Below are positions 1 through 9,498 of a stretch of DNA of 20,000 bases, piece after piece. Position numbers and translations under genes: made by a program. The stretch lies in the NCBI GenBank assembly GCA_012862495.1, contig BLSG01000125.1:66784-86783 (forward strand), read 5' to 3'. The notes under the pieces are model-generated. The model saw nothing but the letters and a program-made list of their open reading frames with translations. It was not told the origin of the DNA and searched no databases. Every line of letters starts with the position of its first letter. Within the stretch, counting starts at the first letter, position 1. The stretch comes from Thraustochytrium aureum. Its lineage: Eukaryota.

Positions 1-807
1 AAGTTTGAGGAGAAGGACCCCTTCTCGGTCCACGTAGTAGCCGACGGCAGGCTCGTAACGGGACAGAACAACTTTAGCCCCACTGCGGTGGCGGACAAGG
101 CGATTGAAATCCTCAAGGCGACCGACCGCGTGCTCCTGCTGGTCACCAGCGAGTCGGAGGTCCCTGGCTACTTTCGCCCAACGGGGTCGTGGCTCGAGGA
201 GGTCGCCGCGCCGTACTATGTCTTCGCAAACGCGGGGATGGACGTTCAGATTGTGAGCACGCGCGGCGGGACCGCGCCGATCGACCCGAACAGCAGGCAG
301 CCCGACTTTTATTGGGACGCCGGCAAGCGCTTTGACGCGGACCACGCTGCGCTCGGCAAGCTCAACTCGACGGTTCCGGCGTCGCACGCCCTGGCGCTCC
401 TGGACAAGACGGTCAAGGCCGTCTTTGTTGTGGGCGGGCATGGTGGGTACGCCGACATGGAGGAGTTTGCGCCGCTCTTGCGCAAGGCTGCCGAGCTCGG
501 TGCCTACGTCTGCGCCGTCTGCCATGGGCCGCTTGCCTTCAAGTGGACCCCAGAGCTGGTGAAGGGCAAGAAGGCGACGGGCTTCACTAATGAGGAGGAG
601 ACTCAAGTCGCCGCTGCCGAGCTCGTGCCGTTTTTGATCCAGGACGAGCTGACGAGCCTTGGGGCAACATTTTCGTGCGGTGCAGCCTGGACCGAGGGCG
701 TTGTAGAGGATGGCAAGCTCGTAACTGGACAGAACAACTTTTCTGCCGGCGCAGTGGCCAACAAGGTGCTTGAAAAGCTCAAGCAGGAGCGCGAGGCGGA
801 GCAGTAA
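1..807 (+). CDS. DJ-1/PfpI superfamily (class I glutamine amidotransferase-like, Hsp31/glyoxalase III-like) protein with at least two tandem domains; 5' end lies outside the window
   Basis: Frame 1 is open from base 1: KFEEKDPFSVHVVADGRLVTGQNNFSPTAVADKAIEILK (end of one domain). A complete domain follows with WLEEVAAPY, VGGHG, AVCHGP (nucleophile elbow), TGFTNEEE and VVEDGKLVTGQN. Stop TAA at 805-807. Confidence 0.93.
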   Translation, partial: KFEEKDPFSVHVVADGRLVTGQNNFSPTAVADKAIEILKATDRVLLLVTSESEVPGYFRPTGSWLEEVAAPYYVFANAGMDVQIVSTRGGTAPIDPNSRQPDFYWDAGKRFDADHAALGKLNSTVPASHALALLDKTVKAVFVVGGHGGYADMEEFAPLLRKAAELGAYVCAVCHGPLAFKWTPELVKGKKATGFTNEEETQVAAAELVPFLIQDELTSLGATFSCGAAWTEGVVEDGKLVTGQNNFSAGAVANKVLEKLKQEREAEQ

Positions 808-1373
808 AACCTAGACGCGTTGGCGAGGGCAAACCCGGGCCTCCGCAAACCAAAGTAAAACATATCCATTTCTTAATTAAAAGATCTCAGCGCGCGAGCA
901 AGGTCCCGTTGAGGGCGAGCTCGTCGCTCGAAGCGTTGGCAGAACAAGGACAACAAGTCTCTGGCGAAAACAAGAGCGATCGAAGCCGCGAGAAGACGCC
1001 GCCCGCAGCACTTGGCGAATCGTCAAAGCTGCGTACTCTGGCGGTGCCCCGCGCTCTGGAAGGGAAGCTCACCACGGCGAAGACCGCCCCAACTCTTGTG
1101 CCTTTTGCTGATCGCACGGAAGAAAGAGCAATGGGGCAAAACTGAAAAGAGATTGATTCCTTCCTGCTCACCGCACCAGACATTTATTNNNNNNNNNNNN
1201 NNNNNNNNNNNNNNNNNNNNNNNNNNNNNNNNNNNNNNNNNNNNNNNNNNNNNNNNNNNNNNNNNNNNNNNNNNNNNNNNNNNNNNNNNNNNNNNNNNNN
1301 NNNNNNNNNNNNNNNNNNNNNNNNNNNNNNNNNNNNNNNNNNNNNNNNNNNNNNNNNNNNNNNNNNNNNNNNN

Positions 1374-2802
1374 GAAAATCCGTGAGGCCTGGTATGAGGA
1401 TTTCGTCGTGTGACGATGACGTGGCAAGCTTTATCTTGTTCAGGCTCTTGGTGGTTTGAGAGCGGTCCGCCAGCATCCTTGCAAATGACTTGGTCCTCAT
1501 TTTGGCAGGCTCAAAATTGATGCGAATCACGGAAGACCCGTGCAGCGCTGCGTCGTTGAGCTGCACATGCACATCACCGTTCTCCACATAGGCAACACCG
1601 CATGGCGATGTGCGGTCGATGATGTGCTCGCTGCGCTCATCGTTGCACGACCATCGAATTCGCCTGTCGGAATTGACAATCATGCGGAACAGGTCGTAGT
1701 TGGTGAGGTATGCGCGCCTCTGCTCGACCTCGAACACAAAGAGCAGCTCTTCTGCGGAAATGTCAAGTATGCTCTCCACAAAACTGCACGTGTCGCGCAC
1801 TCTGCGAAAAGAGCCCGTCATCTCGTCGCTAGAGGCTCGGCGCGGCGCAACGGCGTTGCTTCTCAGCGTCAAGGCTGACTTCTTCGTTTTGGCGTTCCCG
1901 AATGCACATAGGACGGTACTAATGGGGTACCCCAACACGCAAATGAGGTACAGCGGACCGGCCATGGGCATGACGATCATGTGGATGATAGTCAAAAGCC
2001 CGTAGCTGCCGAGCTGGCCAATTACCCAAGCGGTTGACATGGGCGCGAGTAGCAGGGCGAAGCGGTCGAAGTTGAGCACGCCGAGCACGCGCGCGTGCCT
2101 CCCGACGCCATTGTGCATCTTGATGAGTATAAAGCCAATAATCAGGATGCCCTCTGCGCAGGCCGCGCAGTGCGCCAGGCCAAGAAGGATGATGAGCCAC
2201 GGCGGGGAGTCTGCGAGGCCCAAGAAATAGGCAGTCGTAAACCGGAGGTAAGAGATGAGCGAAACGGCCGACAGCAAACTGATGGGATTCTGCACATCCC
2301 CAGTCTGAAGCGTGTACATGATAAAGTCGAGCAGGCCGACGTGTGGGAGGGCGAGCCGCGTCTTTGTACCGTCGACGGCCTGAAGCACGACAAACCTTGC
2401 GCGAAATAGGTATTTGTACAGGAGAATGCCGAGCATCACTGGGCGCAGCATGAAGCCAACCCAGCTGATGATCGAAAGTGCTTCGCACCTGTCGTACACT
2501 GTGCCCGAGCAAGTCTCGGCCAAGCGGGTCATGTTCTGCGAGATGCTGTAAATGATGCACCGCTCGCTGTTGGAGCTAATTGCATCCTGGATCACCATAG
2601 TGGGGTTGGCCGCCCGGCACAGCGACTCAAAGGAAATGTCGCTCAGCAAGATTGCAGCTACGTTCAAGTAGATATGAACGCCGATGTAGATCTGCGGGAG
2701 GGCCATGAGAACGGAAAGCAGCTTGCCCGCGAGGAGCAGCACTTTCAGCGAGCTTGGCCGCCGTGTCCATGAGCTGCCTTTCGAGGGCACCTTGTCAATC
2801 AT
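1374..2802 (-). CDS. Uncharacterised multi-pass membrane protein; 3' end runs into the N gap at 1189-1373
   Basis: Long ORF (1168..2910 in the track) with first ATG at 2802 (MIDKVP). It has about 6-7 hydrophobic segments, a Cys-containing loop after the first segment and a hydrophilic C-terminal region. No family recognised. Confidence 0.7.
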
Positions 2803-3823
2803 CGTGGCCTCCAACAATGTCGGTGGGCGAGCACCTTGACCCGTGAATCCTTGCAAAACGCCTGATCTCGCACGCGCTGTCCCGAAGTGGTCTTGCCTGC
2901 GCTGCTGCACCGCTGTGCTTCCTCTAGACTCGGCCGCGTGGGTTGGGCTGCGTTTCTGGACTGATGCCTATGTGGCACGTTTTCTTTGGTGAAGACCCTG
3001 TCTTCGTCTGCTGGAATGCTGTGTCACCAAGAGCCGTTGGTCGGCCTCGTGCACTGCTGAAGCTTAAAGGTTGGCTAACCTGCTCGGTCTAAACCTGGCC
3101 TGCAGCTCTGCAGCCTACAAGCGCGCGTCAGGAAGGATTCGCGCAAACTTTTCCGTGTGCCAGGAACGCAACGGCTAACGCATATCGCTCGGCGCGGAGA
3201 GCGGCAGAGCAAGCAAATCGTGCGCGATTTTATATTTTCCATGGTGTTACTGGGTTTACCACGTGAGAGTCTGCAGTTCAGCTGCCTCCTGAGGCAGCCA
3301 GAGACGGGACGGGACGCCTCTGCGCGCGACGGTCAAATAAGCAAAGGAATGCCATCTATGAAATGCCATCTATGCTGTCATATGCTGTCAACGGTTAAGC
3401 TTCGGCTCATTGAAGTGCTCACAACAGTTGGCTCACAACGTTGAATACATGGGTTTTGCCCCGGGGGTGACGAGGCGCCCGACACCCGCTCGCTCTTGCA
3501 GATGCGGGTAATGAGTGCTCCAGACCATCCACGCCGCGCACTTGTGTAAGAGAAGGCGGAATATGCGATGCCCAAAGCCGCTCAGACGACGGACCGACGC
3601 GAGACGGCCGTGGCCGATCGAGAGAATTGCGCGGCCAGATGGTCACGGCCCCACCGGACATGTGACGTCAGCGCTTGCGTAGCAAGTGGCGTTCGTGCTT
3701 CCTTGTTCGTGCGGCGATAGATTCGCCGGGGATGACGTTTGCCTCGTTCGGGCTCGCGACGGGCAGGAAAGTGGTATCGCCGCGTGGACCTTCATCGGCC
3801 CTCTCCGCCATCATGCAACAGAC

Positions 3824-3919
3824 CAGCAGCGAGGGCCACGAGCAACAGCAGCGCGGGCCAAGGGCGCCAGCAGCGCGGGCCAAGGGCGCCAGCAGCGAGG
3901 GCGCCAGCAGCGAGGGCGC
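3824..3919 (+). repeat. Imperfect tandem repeat (cagcagcgcgggccaagggcgc x2 and cagcagcgagggcgc x2, plus a partial copy) upstream of the E2 gene
   Basis: 22-nt units at 3846-3867 and 3868-3889, 15-nt units at 3890-3904 and 3905-3919, and a related copy at 3824. Confidence 0.85.
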
Positions 3920-4036
3920 GCGCACGCGGCGGGCTGGGCAAGCGCCTCACAGAGGCGACTCGCCGAGCAGGCAGACAAGCAGGGACGAGCAAGGAGAGGG
4001 CTTGGCCACACCGTGCACGAGACGCAGAGAGGAGCC

Positions 4037-4864
4037 ATGGCCTCGTCGCCAGCTGCGCTCCTGCTTGGGCGCGAGTTTGCAAGGATCAAGAAAAACCCTA
4101 CGTCTCCGTGGTTTTGCGTGCACGACATGATCGAGGACAACGTGTTTTTGTGGGACATCTTCGTGGTCGGGCCGCGCGACACGCTCTATGAGGGCGGGGT
4201 GTACCGTGCGCTGCTGCGGTTTCCGCCCGACTACCCGATGAACCCGCCGTCCCTCCAGTTCAAGAGCAAGCTGCTCCACCCCAACGTTTACCGCGACGGC
4301 AAGGTTTGCGTGACCACGCTGCAGGTGATGCACCCCGGGGCAGACCCGCGCGACTCGGCGCTCTTCTGGCGCCCAATCCTTGGCGTCGAGCAGGTCGTGC
4401 TCTCGGTGATCTCGCTCCTCTCAGACCCCAACTCGGATGACCCAGCCGATCTCTCCGCATCCAACATGTTTCTCGCACACCCTGATGAATTCCGAAAGGT
4501 TTGCGCAGAGAACGCGCGCCTTTCGCTCGAGCAGCTTCCACCCGATGTCGTGCCACCACAGGAAGCTGCCGTCAACCCGCAAGGGAACGACAAGTCGCAA
4601 CGTGGCAAAGCCGCGACTGCCGCACTCGAGAGCTGCACGAGCGCTGCGGACTGGTCCAACTCGAGCCGTGCGGGACAGTGTGGCATTCTCAAGGAGGGCG
4701 AGCCCAGGTCTCTCTTGCCATCGGGCCAGCCAAGCCAAGGCGATTCAGTCCGTGTGCAAGAACAGCAGGAGGAGGCGGAAGACAGCGAAGATGGCGAGGA
4801 GGACTTTGCCTATTCGGACGACGAGCTGGACTACGCCGAGCAGGCCAATTCACAGGAACCCTGA
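4037..4864 (+). CDS. Ubiquitin-conjugating enzyme E2, Cdc34/UBE2R or Ubc7/UBE2G type, with an acidic C-terminal tail
   Basis: ATG at 4037 (MASSPAALLLGREF). Motifs GPRDTLYEGG, FPPDYPMNPP and LHPNVYRDGKVC (HPN plus catalytic Cys). A loop insertion follows the Cys and precedes W-R-P, then VLSVISLLSDPN. The tail is acidic (EEAEDSEDGEEDFAYSDDELD). Confidence 0.92.
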   Translation: MASSPAALLLGREFARIKKNPTSPWFCVHDMIEDNVFLWDIFVVGPRDTLYEGGVYRALLRFPPDYPMNPPSLQFKSKLLHPNVYRDGKVCVTTLQVMHPGADPRDSALFWRPILGVEQVVLSVISLLSDPNSDDPADLSASNMFLAHPDEFRKVCAENARLSLEQLPPDVVPPQEAAVNPQGNDKSQRGKAATAALESCTSAADWSNSSRAGQCGILKEGEPRSLLPSGQPSQGDSVRVQEQQEEAEDSEDGEEDFAYSDDELDYAEQANSQEP

Positions 4865-5191
4865 GCAGGCATGGCGCGAGCCAACCGTCAAAGCATAGGC
4901 AGGTCAGTTACGCCGGAGGGCAATTGCCCATCGCTCCGCCCGTGTCGCTCTGTCGAGTTTACTGCCGTGTTCAGCCTGTTTAGTCTGTTCCGCCTGTTCA
5001 GCTTGCTCGGCAGGACGGCACCCATGTCGATAGCACGGCCACGTGCTCGCCGCCGGCCAATGGAGGCCGTGCCATGTAAATACACAACAAAAAGAAGAAT
5101 GAACCTATTGCGGAAATCGAAAACGCACAGCTGCGATTTCGAGCTTACTGGAACGACCCAGCTCCCACGTGCGCTCAAAGCGCGAGCGCGC

Positions 5192-6565
5192 TCAAAGTTT
5201 GGACGCGCTGTTCCCGAACGCCTCTGCAACAAACCGGCGCTGCACTTTACCGGTGGCCGTCTTTGGCACTTGCTGAGTGACGAACACGCGGGCCGGAACC
5301 TTTTCCCTGCTGAGCCGCTCCGCGCAGAACGCAATCACCTCCTCGGGCGAAAGGGTGCATCCTGTGCGAGGGACAACGGCGGCGCAGACAATCTCGCCGT
5401 ACTTTTCGTCCGGCAATCCAAAAGCAACCGCCTCGCCGACGGACGGATGCGCGAGCAATACGGCATCAACCTCGAGCGGCGCAATCTTCTCTCCACCACG
5501 GTTGATGAGCTCTTTCAGGCGGCCTGTGAGTGTGAGGTAGCCGTCCTTATCCAAGAAACCCTGGTCTCCAGTGTGAAACCAGCCGCCTGCAAACTCCGAG
5601 AGATTGGCCTCCGGGCGATTGATGTACCCCGCAGTCACGTTCTCGCCGCGGATGCAGACCTGCCCAACAACGCCAGCAGCAGACACCATACGGTTGCGGT
5701 CATCCAGGATGGCAACTTGGACGTTTGCAGCCCGCCCGACGGTGCCGGCCTTATGCGGGCCATTCTTGGGGAGTGGATTGGAGGTCATCATGTGGCTCGC
5801 CTCCGTCATGGCATACGCCTCCAGGACGGGGGCGCCTACGTACTCTTCGAGCCGACCAAGAACAGCTGGCGCCAGCGCGCTGCTGCAGCTGCGCACAAAG
5901 CGAAGCGACGCTCGCGAAACTAGGCCTTGGTCTTGCTCCTTGCGCTGCAAGAGGATCTGGTGGATCGTCGGCACTGCCGTGTACCACGTCGCCCCGCAAG
6001 CAATCACGTCGACCCAGAACGCTTGAGCAGAGAACCGTCCGCCTCTCGGCAGCACCACGGTGCCGCCAGAGCAGAGCGTGGAGAACAGGCCGCCAATAAG
6101 GCCATGCACGTGGAACAGAGGCATGACTAGGTAGCAGGTGTCCTTCTCGTCCAACTCGTACGTGTTGCGGATGTTGCCCATCGACGTGCACAGGTTGTGG
6201 TGCGAAAGGGGAACCAGCTTTGGCCGCGACGTCGTTCCACTCGTGTGCAGGTACAGGGCGACATCAGTCGGCTGGGGCGGGTCGGCAGTGTAGGTTGCGC
6301 TCGACAAGGGCTGTGCGGTCGCCTGGGCCCGGTCGGCAGCTACTGAAAGCTGCACGCCCTGCTCGGGCTCGCAAAACTCGCTGGCGTGGACAAGCGGAAC
6401 GCCGAGCTCCGCAGCGGCCTGCGCAGCCTCTGCGTCGTTGGGTCCGGCCTCGACGACGAGAACCTTGGAGCCAACATCCTGCATGTAAAAGGCATACTCG
6501 CCCGCCTTGAGGTTGGGGTTGAGCGGGGCGGCCACGGCGCGGATCCACGTCGCCGCCAAGAACAC
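5192..6565 (-). CDS. Oxalate--CoA ligase / peroxisomal acyl-activating enzyme (AAE3/PCS60-like) with PTS1; start codon probably within gap 6566-6787
   Basis: AMP-binding motif LHTSGTTSRPK, plus VMPLFHVHGL, WYTAVPTIHQ, FVRSCSSAL, EAYAMTEASH, WFHTGDQG, LINRGGEKI and PKTATGKVQR. These match plant AAE3 and yeast Pcs60. The C-terminus is -SKL, stop at 5192-5194. Confidence 0.9.
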   Translation of the reverse strand: MFLAATWIRAVAAPLNPNLKAGEYAFYMQDVGSKVLVVEAGPNDAEAAQAAAELGVPLVHASEFCEPEQGVQLSVAADRAQATAQPLSSATYTADPPQPTDVALYLHTSGTTSRPKLVPLSHHNLCTSMGNIRNTYELDEKDTCYLVMPLFHVHGLIGGLFSTLCSGGTVVLPRGGRFSAQAFWVDVIACGATWYTAVPTIHQILLQRKEQDQGLVSRASLRFVRSCSSALAPAVLGRLEEYVGAPVLEAYAMTEASHMMTSNPLPKNGPHKAGTVGRAANVQVAILDDRNRMVSAAGVVGQVCIRGENVTAGYINRPEANLSEFAGGWFHTGDQGFLDKDGYLTLTGRLKELINRGGEKIAPLEVDAVLLAHPSVGEAVAFGLPDEKYGEIVCAAVVPRTGCTLSPEEVIAFCAERLSREKVPARVFVTQQVPKTATGKVQRRFVAEAFGNSASKL

Positions 6566-7067
6566 NNNNNNNNNNNNNNNNNNNNNNNNNNNNNNNNNNN
6601 NNNNNNNNNNNNNNNNNNNNNNNNNNNNNNNNNNNNNNNNNNNNNNNNNNNNNNNNNNNNNNNNNNNNNNNNNNNNNNNNNNNNNNNNNNNNNNNNNNNN
6701 NNNNNNNNNNNNNNNNNNNNNNNNNNNNNNNNNNNNNNNNNNNNNNNNNNNNNNNNNNNNNNNNNNNNNNNNNNNNNNNNNNNNNNNGGGAGTGAGCTGG
6801 TGCCGGGGACTGGGAGTGAGGGATCTGAGTTCTGGTCTTTGATTGATTGATCGATTGAAGCTGGCCCGAAGAGATTCGGCTGCGCGAAGGCTCGCTCTGT
6901 TCCTTGGACGGAGGGCCGTTCGAGCCGCGCACAGACCACCCGCAACACTTCTCCCCGGGCAGGGCTGCCCAGTGCCTGACGCGAGCGCTCGCGGTCGCAG
7001 GCCCCGCGGCGCGCCAGCGAAACGGCAGAAGAGCAGTGGAGGACGCCGCAGGAGGCGAACGTCGAGG

Positions 7068-8138
7068 ATGGCGGGCTCGGTCGACCCGACGCCGTTCAAC
7101 GTCTCGCTGGGCTACCTCGTGCTAGCGATAGCGCACCTCTTTCTGGACAGGCGGCTTGCGCTGCACTACCTCAAGCGACGTGGGCTGGAGCGGAGCAAAG
7201 ACGAGTATCCCTTCGAGCCGCCCACGTTCGAGTTCTGGCCGAAAGCGAGCCTGTTTGGCGTTGTCGCCTTTCTGGTGAGGGAGGTTTGCTTCGGATGGGT
7301 CCGCGTCCTTGTCGTCGCCGTCATGGTGCTCTTCCTCTCGCATCGCACGTGTGGAGAGACCAGGTACTTTGCCTTTCTCTTGATGGCAGTGTCTACAGCC
7401 TCAGTGGTTTTCCTCGCCTCGCTCCGCGCGTTCGTGGACATTGGCACGCGCCGCAAGGTGTGGCCGCGCTATTCTTCAAGCATGACCTCCTCACCGGCCA
7501 AGTCTCAACGGTGGCTGTCTCTCGTGGCACGCATCTGCTGACGTACGTCTCGCTTGCCTTGGCTGCTCGGGGCGCGCTGTGGGATTCTGCCCATGCCGCC
7601 CTCTCGCCCGCTCGCTCGCTAACCGCGCCTTCGCTTGCCCAGCAACATGGTTCGAAGCGCGCTTTACCTTCAGGTCTACCAAGGGATTCTGGGGACTTTA
7701 TATTTGGTGTTCTGGGCGTCCCACATCGACTCGTGCCCCACTGCGATGGCAGCGGCATTGCGCGGGGTGCTCATCTTCCAGATCGTCGCTGGTCCTGCCC
7801 TGCTGTTGTTCGGCCAAGTGTTCGTGGCGGCCCAGCTCGCGCGCGCGCCACTGCCGCAAGGATACTCTCTTGCTCACTTGCTTTTTTTCTACTTCCCCAG
7901 TGACGTTGAGAAGCGCCGAGGATCTCTCAAGCCGGGGTTCGCTCAAGGCGGCACTAGCGCTGGGCAGTTCTCGGAGCTCGAGCTCCGCGTAATCTCCACG
8001 CCTGAAATGCAGGTTGCTGCGCAAACCAGGCGTCTGCCGAGTCTCGACCTGCCTTCCGTTTCCTCTCCGGAGTTGGTAGGGATGACATCTGACGACACCT
8101 TCATGGGTCGCGGGTTTGGCACCGGGCGCAGGGTTTGA
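7068..8138 (+). CDS. Uncharacterised multi-pass membrane protein; exons about 7068-7542 (with a frame break near 7458-7480) and 7643-8138
   Basis: Hydrophobic reading from ATG 7068 (MAGSVDPTPFNVSLGYLV...) to ...GTRRK. It continues in another frame (ALFFKHDLLTGQVSTVAVSRGTHLLT), which splices in frame through intron 7543-7642 to NMVRSALYLQVYQGILG..., stop at 8136-8138. Confidence 0.6.
7543..7642 (+). other. Spliceosomal intron (100 nt)
   Basis: Donor GTACGT at 7543, branch-point-like GCTAAC at 7618-7623, a pyrimidine-rich tract and CCCAG acceptor ending at 7642. Splicing gives ctg ctg ac|c aac atg (LLTNM) in frame. Confidence 0.75.
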
Positions 8139-9122
8139 AGCCCAGCTCCCCTGTGGCCCAGCTCGTGCAGCAATCGGACAACCTGCCAATCAATAGTTGA
8201 GCGGCCCTAGGCGCTGACGATTCTTGCTGTTTCGAGCTCTAGCTAGCTACTAGAAGGGAGACGGAGGTACTTCGCTCCAGCGCAACTGCGGAGTTTGCGG
8301 TACTCTAATCTCTGGTTTTGTTTCGATTTGCCCACCAGAAGTGTAGTACAGAAAAGAACCAAGGCGCTCCNNNNNNNNNNNNNNNNNNNNNNNNNNNNNN
8401 NNNNNNNNNNNNNNNNNNNNNNNNNNNNNNNNNNNNNNNNNNNNNNNNNNNNNNNNNNNNNNNNNNNNNNNNNNNNNNNNNNNNNNNNNNNNNNNNNNNN
8501 NNNNNNNNNNNNNNNNNNNNNNNNNNNNNNNNNNNNNNNNNNNNNNNNNNNNNNNNNNNNNNNNNNNNNNNNNNNNNNNNNNNNNNNNNNNNNNNNNNNN
8601 NNNNNNNNNNNNNNNNNNNNNNNNNNNNNNNNNNNNNNNNNNNNNNNNNNNNNNNNNNNNNNNNNNNNNNNNNNNNNNNNNNNNNNNNNNNNNNNNNNNN
8701 NNNNNNNNNNNNNNNNNNNNNNNNNNNNNNNNNNNNNNNNNNNNNNNNNNNNNNNNNNNNNNNNNNNNNNNNNNNNNNNNNNNNNNNNNNNNNNNNNNNN
8801 NNNNNNNNNNNNNNNNNNNNNNNNNNNNNNNNNNNNNNNNNNNNNNNNNNNNNNNNNNNNNNNNNNNNNNNNNNNNNNNNNNNNNNNNNNNNNNNNNNNN
8901 NNNNNNNNNNNNNNNNNNNNNNNNNNNNNCGTTGTTTTTGTTTTGCCAAGTCGGTTGAGCGGGCGGCATGACGACGTGACGTGTGACGTGTGGTGCCGGC
9001 GTGCAGAGCATTCTGCGCGAAAGCTCAGGGCCTTTGATCGCTCAAGTTTGCTCGGGACGCACATTCTCTTGAGACAGGACTTGGGAGGCCTACGCTTTGT
9101 GTCCCAAAGTAGTCGTCGAGTG

Positions 9123-9170
<48 letters not shown>
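9123..9170 (+). repeat. (CAGC)12 tetranucleotide microsatellite
   Basis: 48 nt of perfect CAGC units in intergenic DNA. Confidence 0.95.
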
Positions 9171-9171
<1 letters not shown>

Positions 9172-9498
9172 CAATTGAACCGTCCAGCACAGCACGACAA
9201 CGCCCGCGAGCGGATGTTGCAACTACAGCTTACTCTTGGCTTCTATTCATAGCTCTTGTTTTCGAGGCGGAGGCAGATTCACGCCCGAGGATGCCCCGCC
9301 CCGTCGGGCATGCTTTTGCGCAAACCAAAACCAGCTGGCGCGCCAGGGGAGGTCGGCTGGCATGGGCAAGCACACAACTATGTGCCGCCCCCCGGGCGTC
9401 TTGCACAAGCTGACGCAGCAACGCCTTGTTGGTTACAGCATCGCCTGTCACACACAAACGCAAATTCCTAAACGTTCCAACTTGCAGGCGGTAGCACT

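Noticed and set aside
887..1183. 98-aa minus-strand ORF as the C-terminus of the membrane protein
   Set aside because: An in-frame TAA lies immediately upstream (1184-1186) and the gap hides the connection, so the link cannot be supported.
3663..3670. TGACGTCA (CRE-like palindrome) upstream of the E2 gene, and TGACGT repeats near 8969-8990
   Set aside because: Short motifs that can occur by chance, with no independent support.
3686..4036. 117-aa N-terminal extension of the E2 ORF
   Set aside because: It has a non-ATG start and translates through a GC-rich tandem repeat. E2 homology begins at ATG 4037.
4871..5923. 350-aa plus-strand ORF
   Set aside because: Mostly an antisense shadow of the CoA ligase in GC-rich DNA, with no recognisable motifs.
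6788..7099. N-terminal part of the 635-aa ligase ORF beyond the gap
   Set aside because: The frame across the gap is arbitrary, the sequence does not resemble AAE3/Pcs60, and the missing N-terminus would fit within the gap.
8243..9413. Long ORFs spanning the 8371-8929 gap and the CAGC repeat
   Set aside because: Their length comes from N runs and the microsatellite. There is no coding evidence, although a small gene hidden in the gap cannot be excluded.
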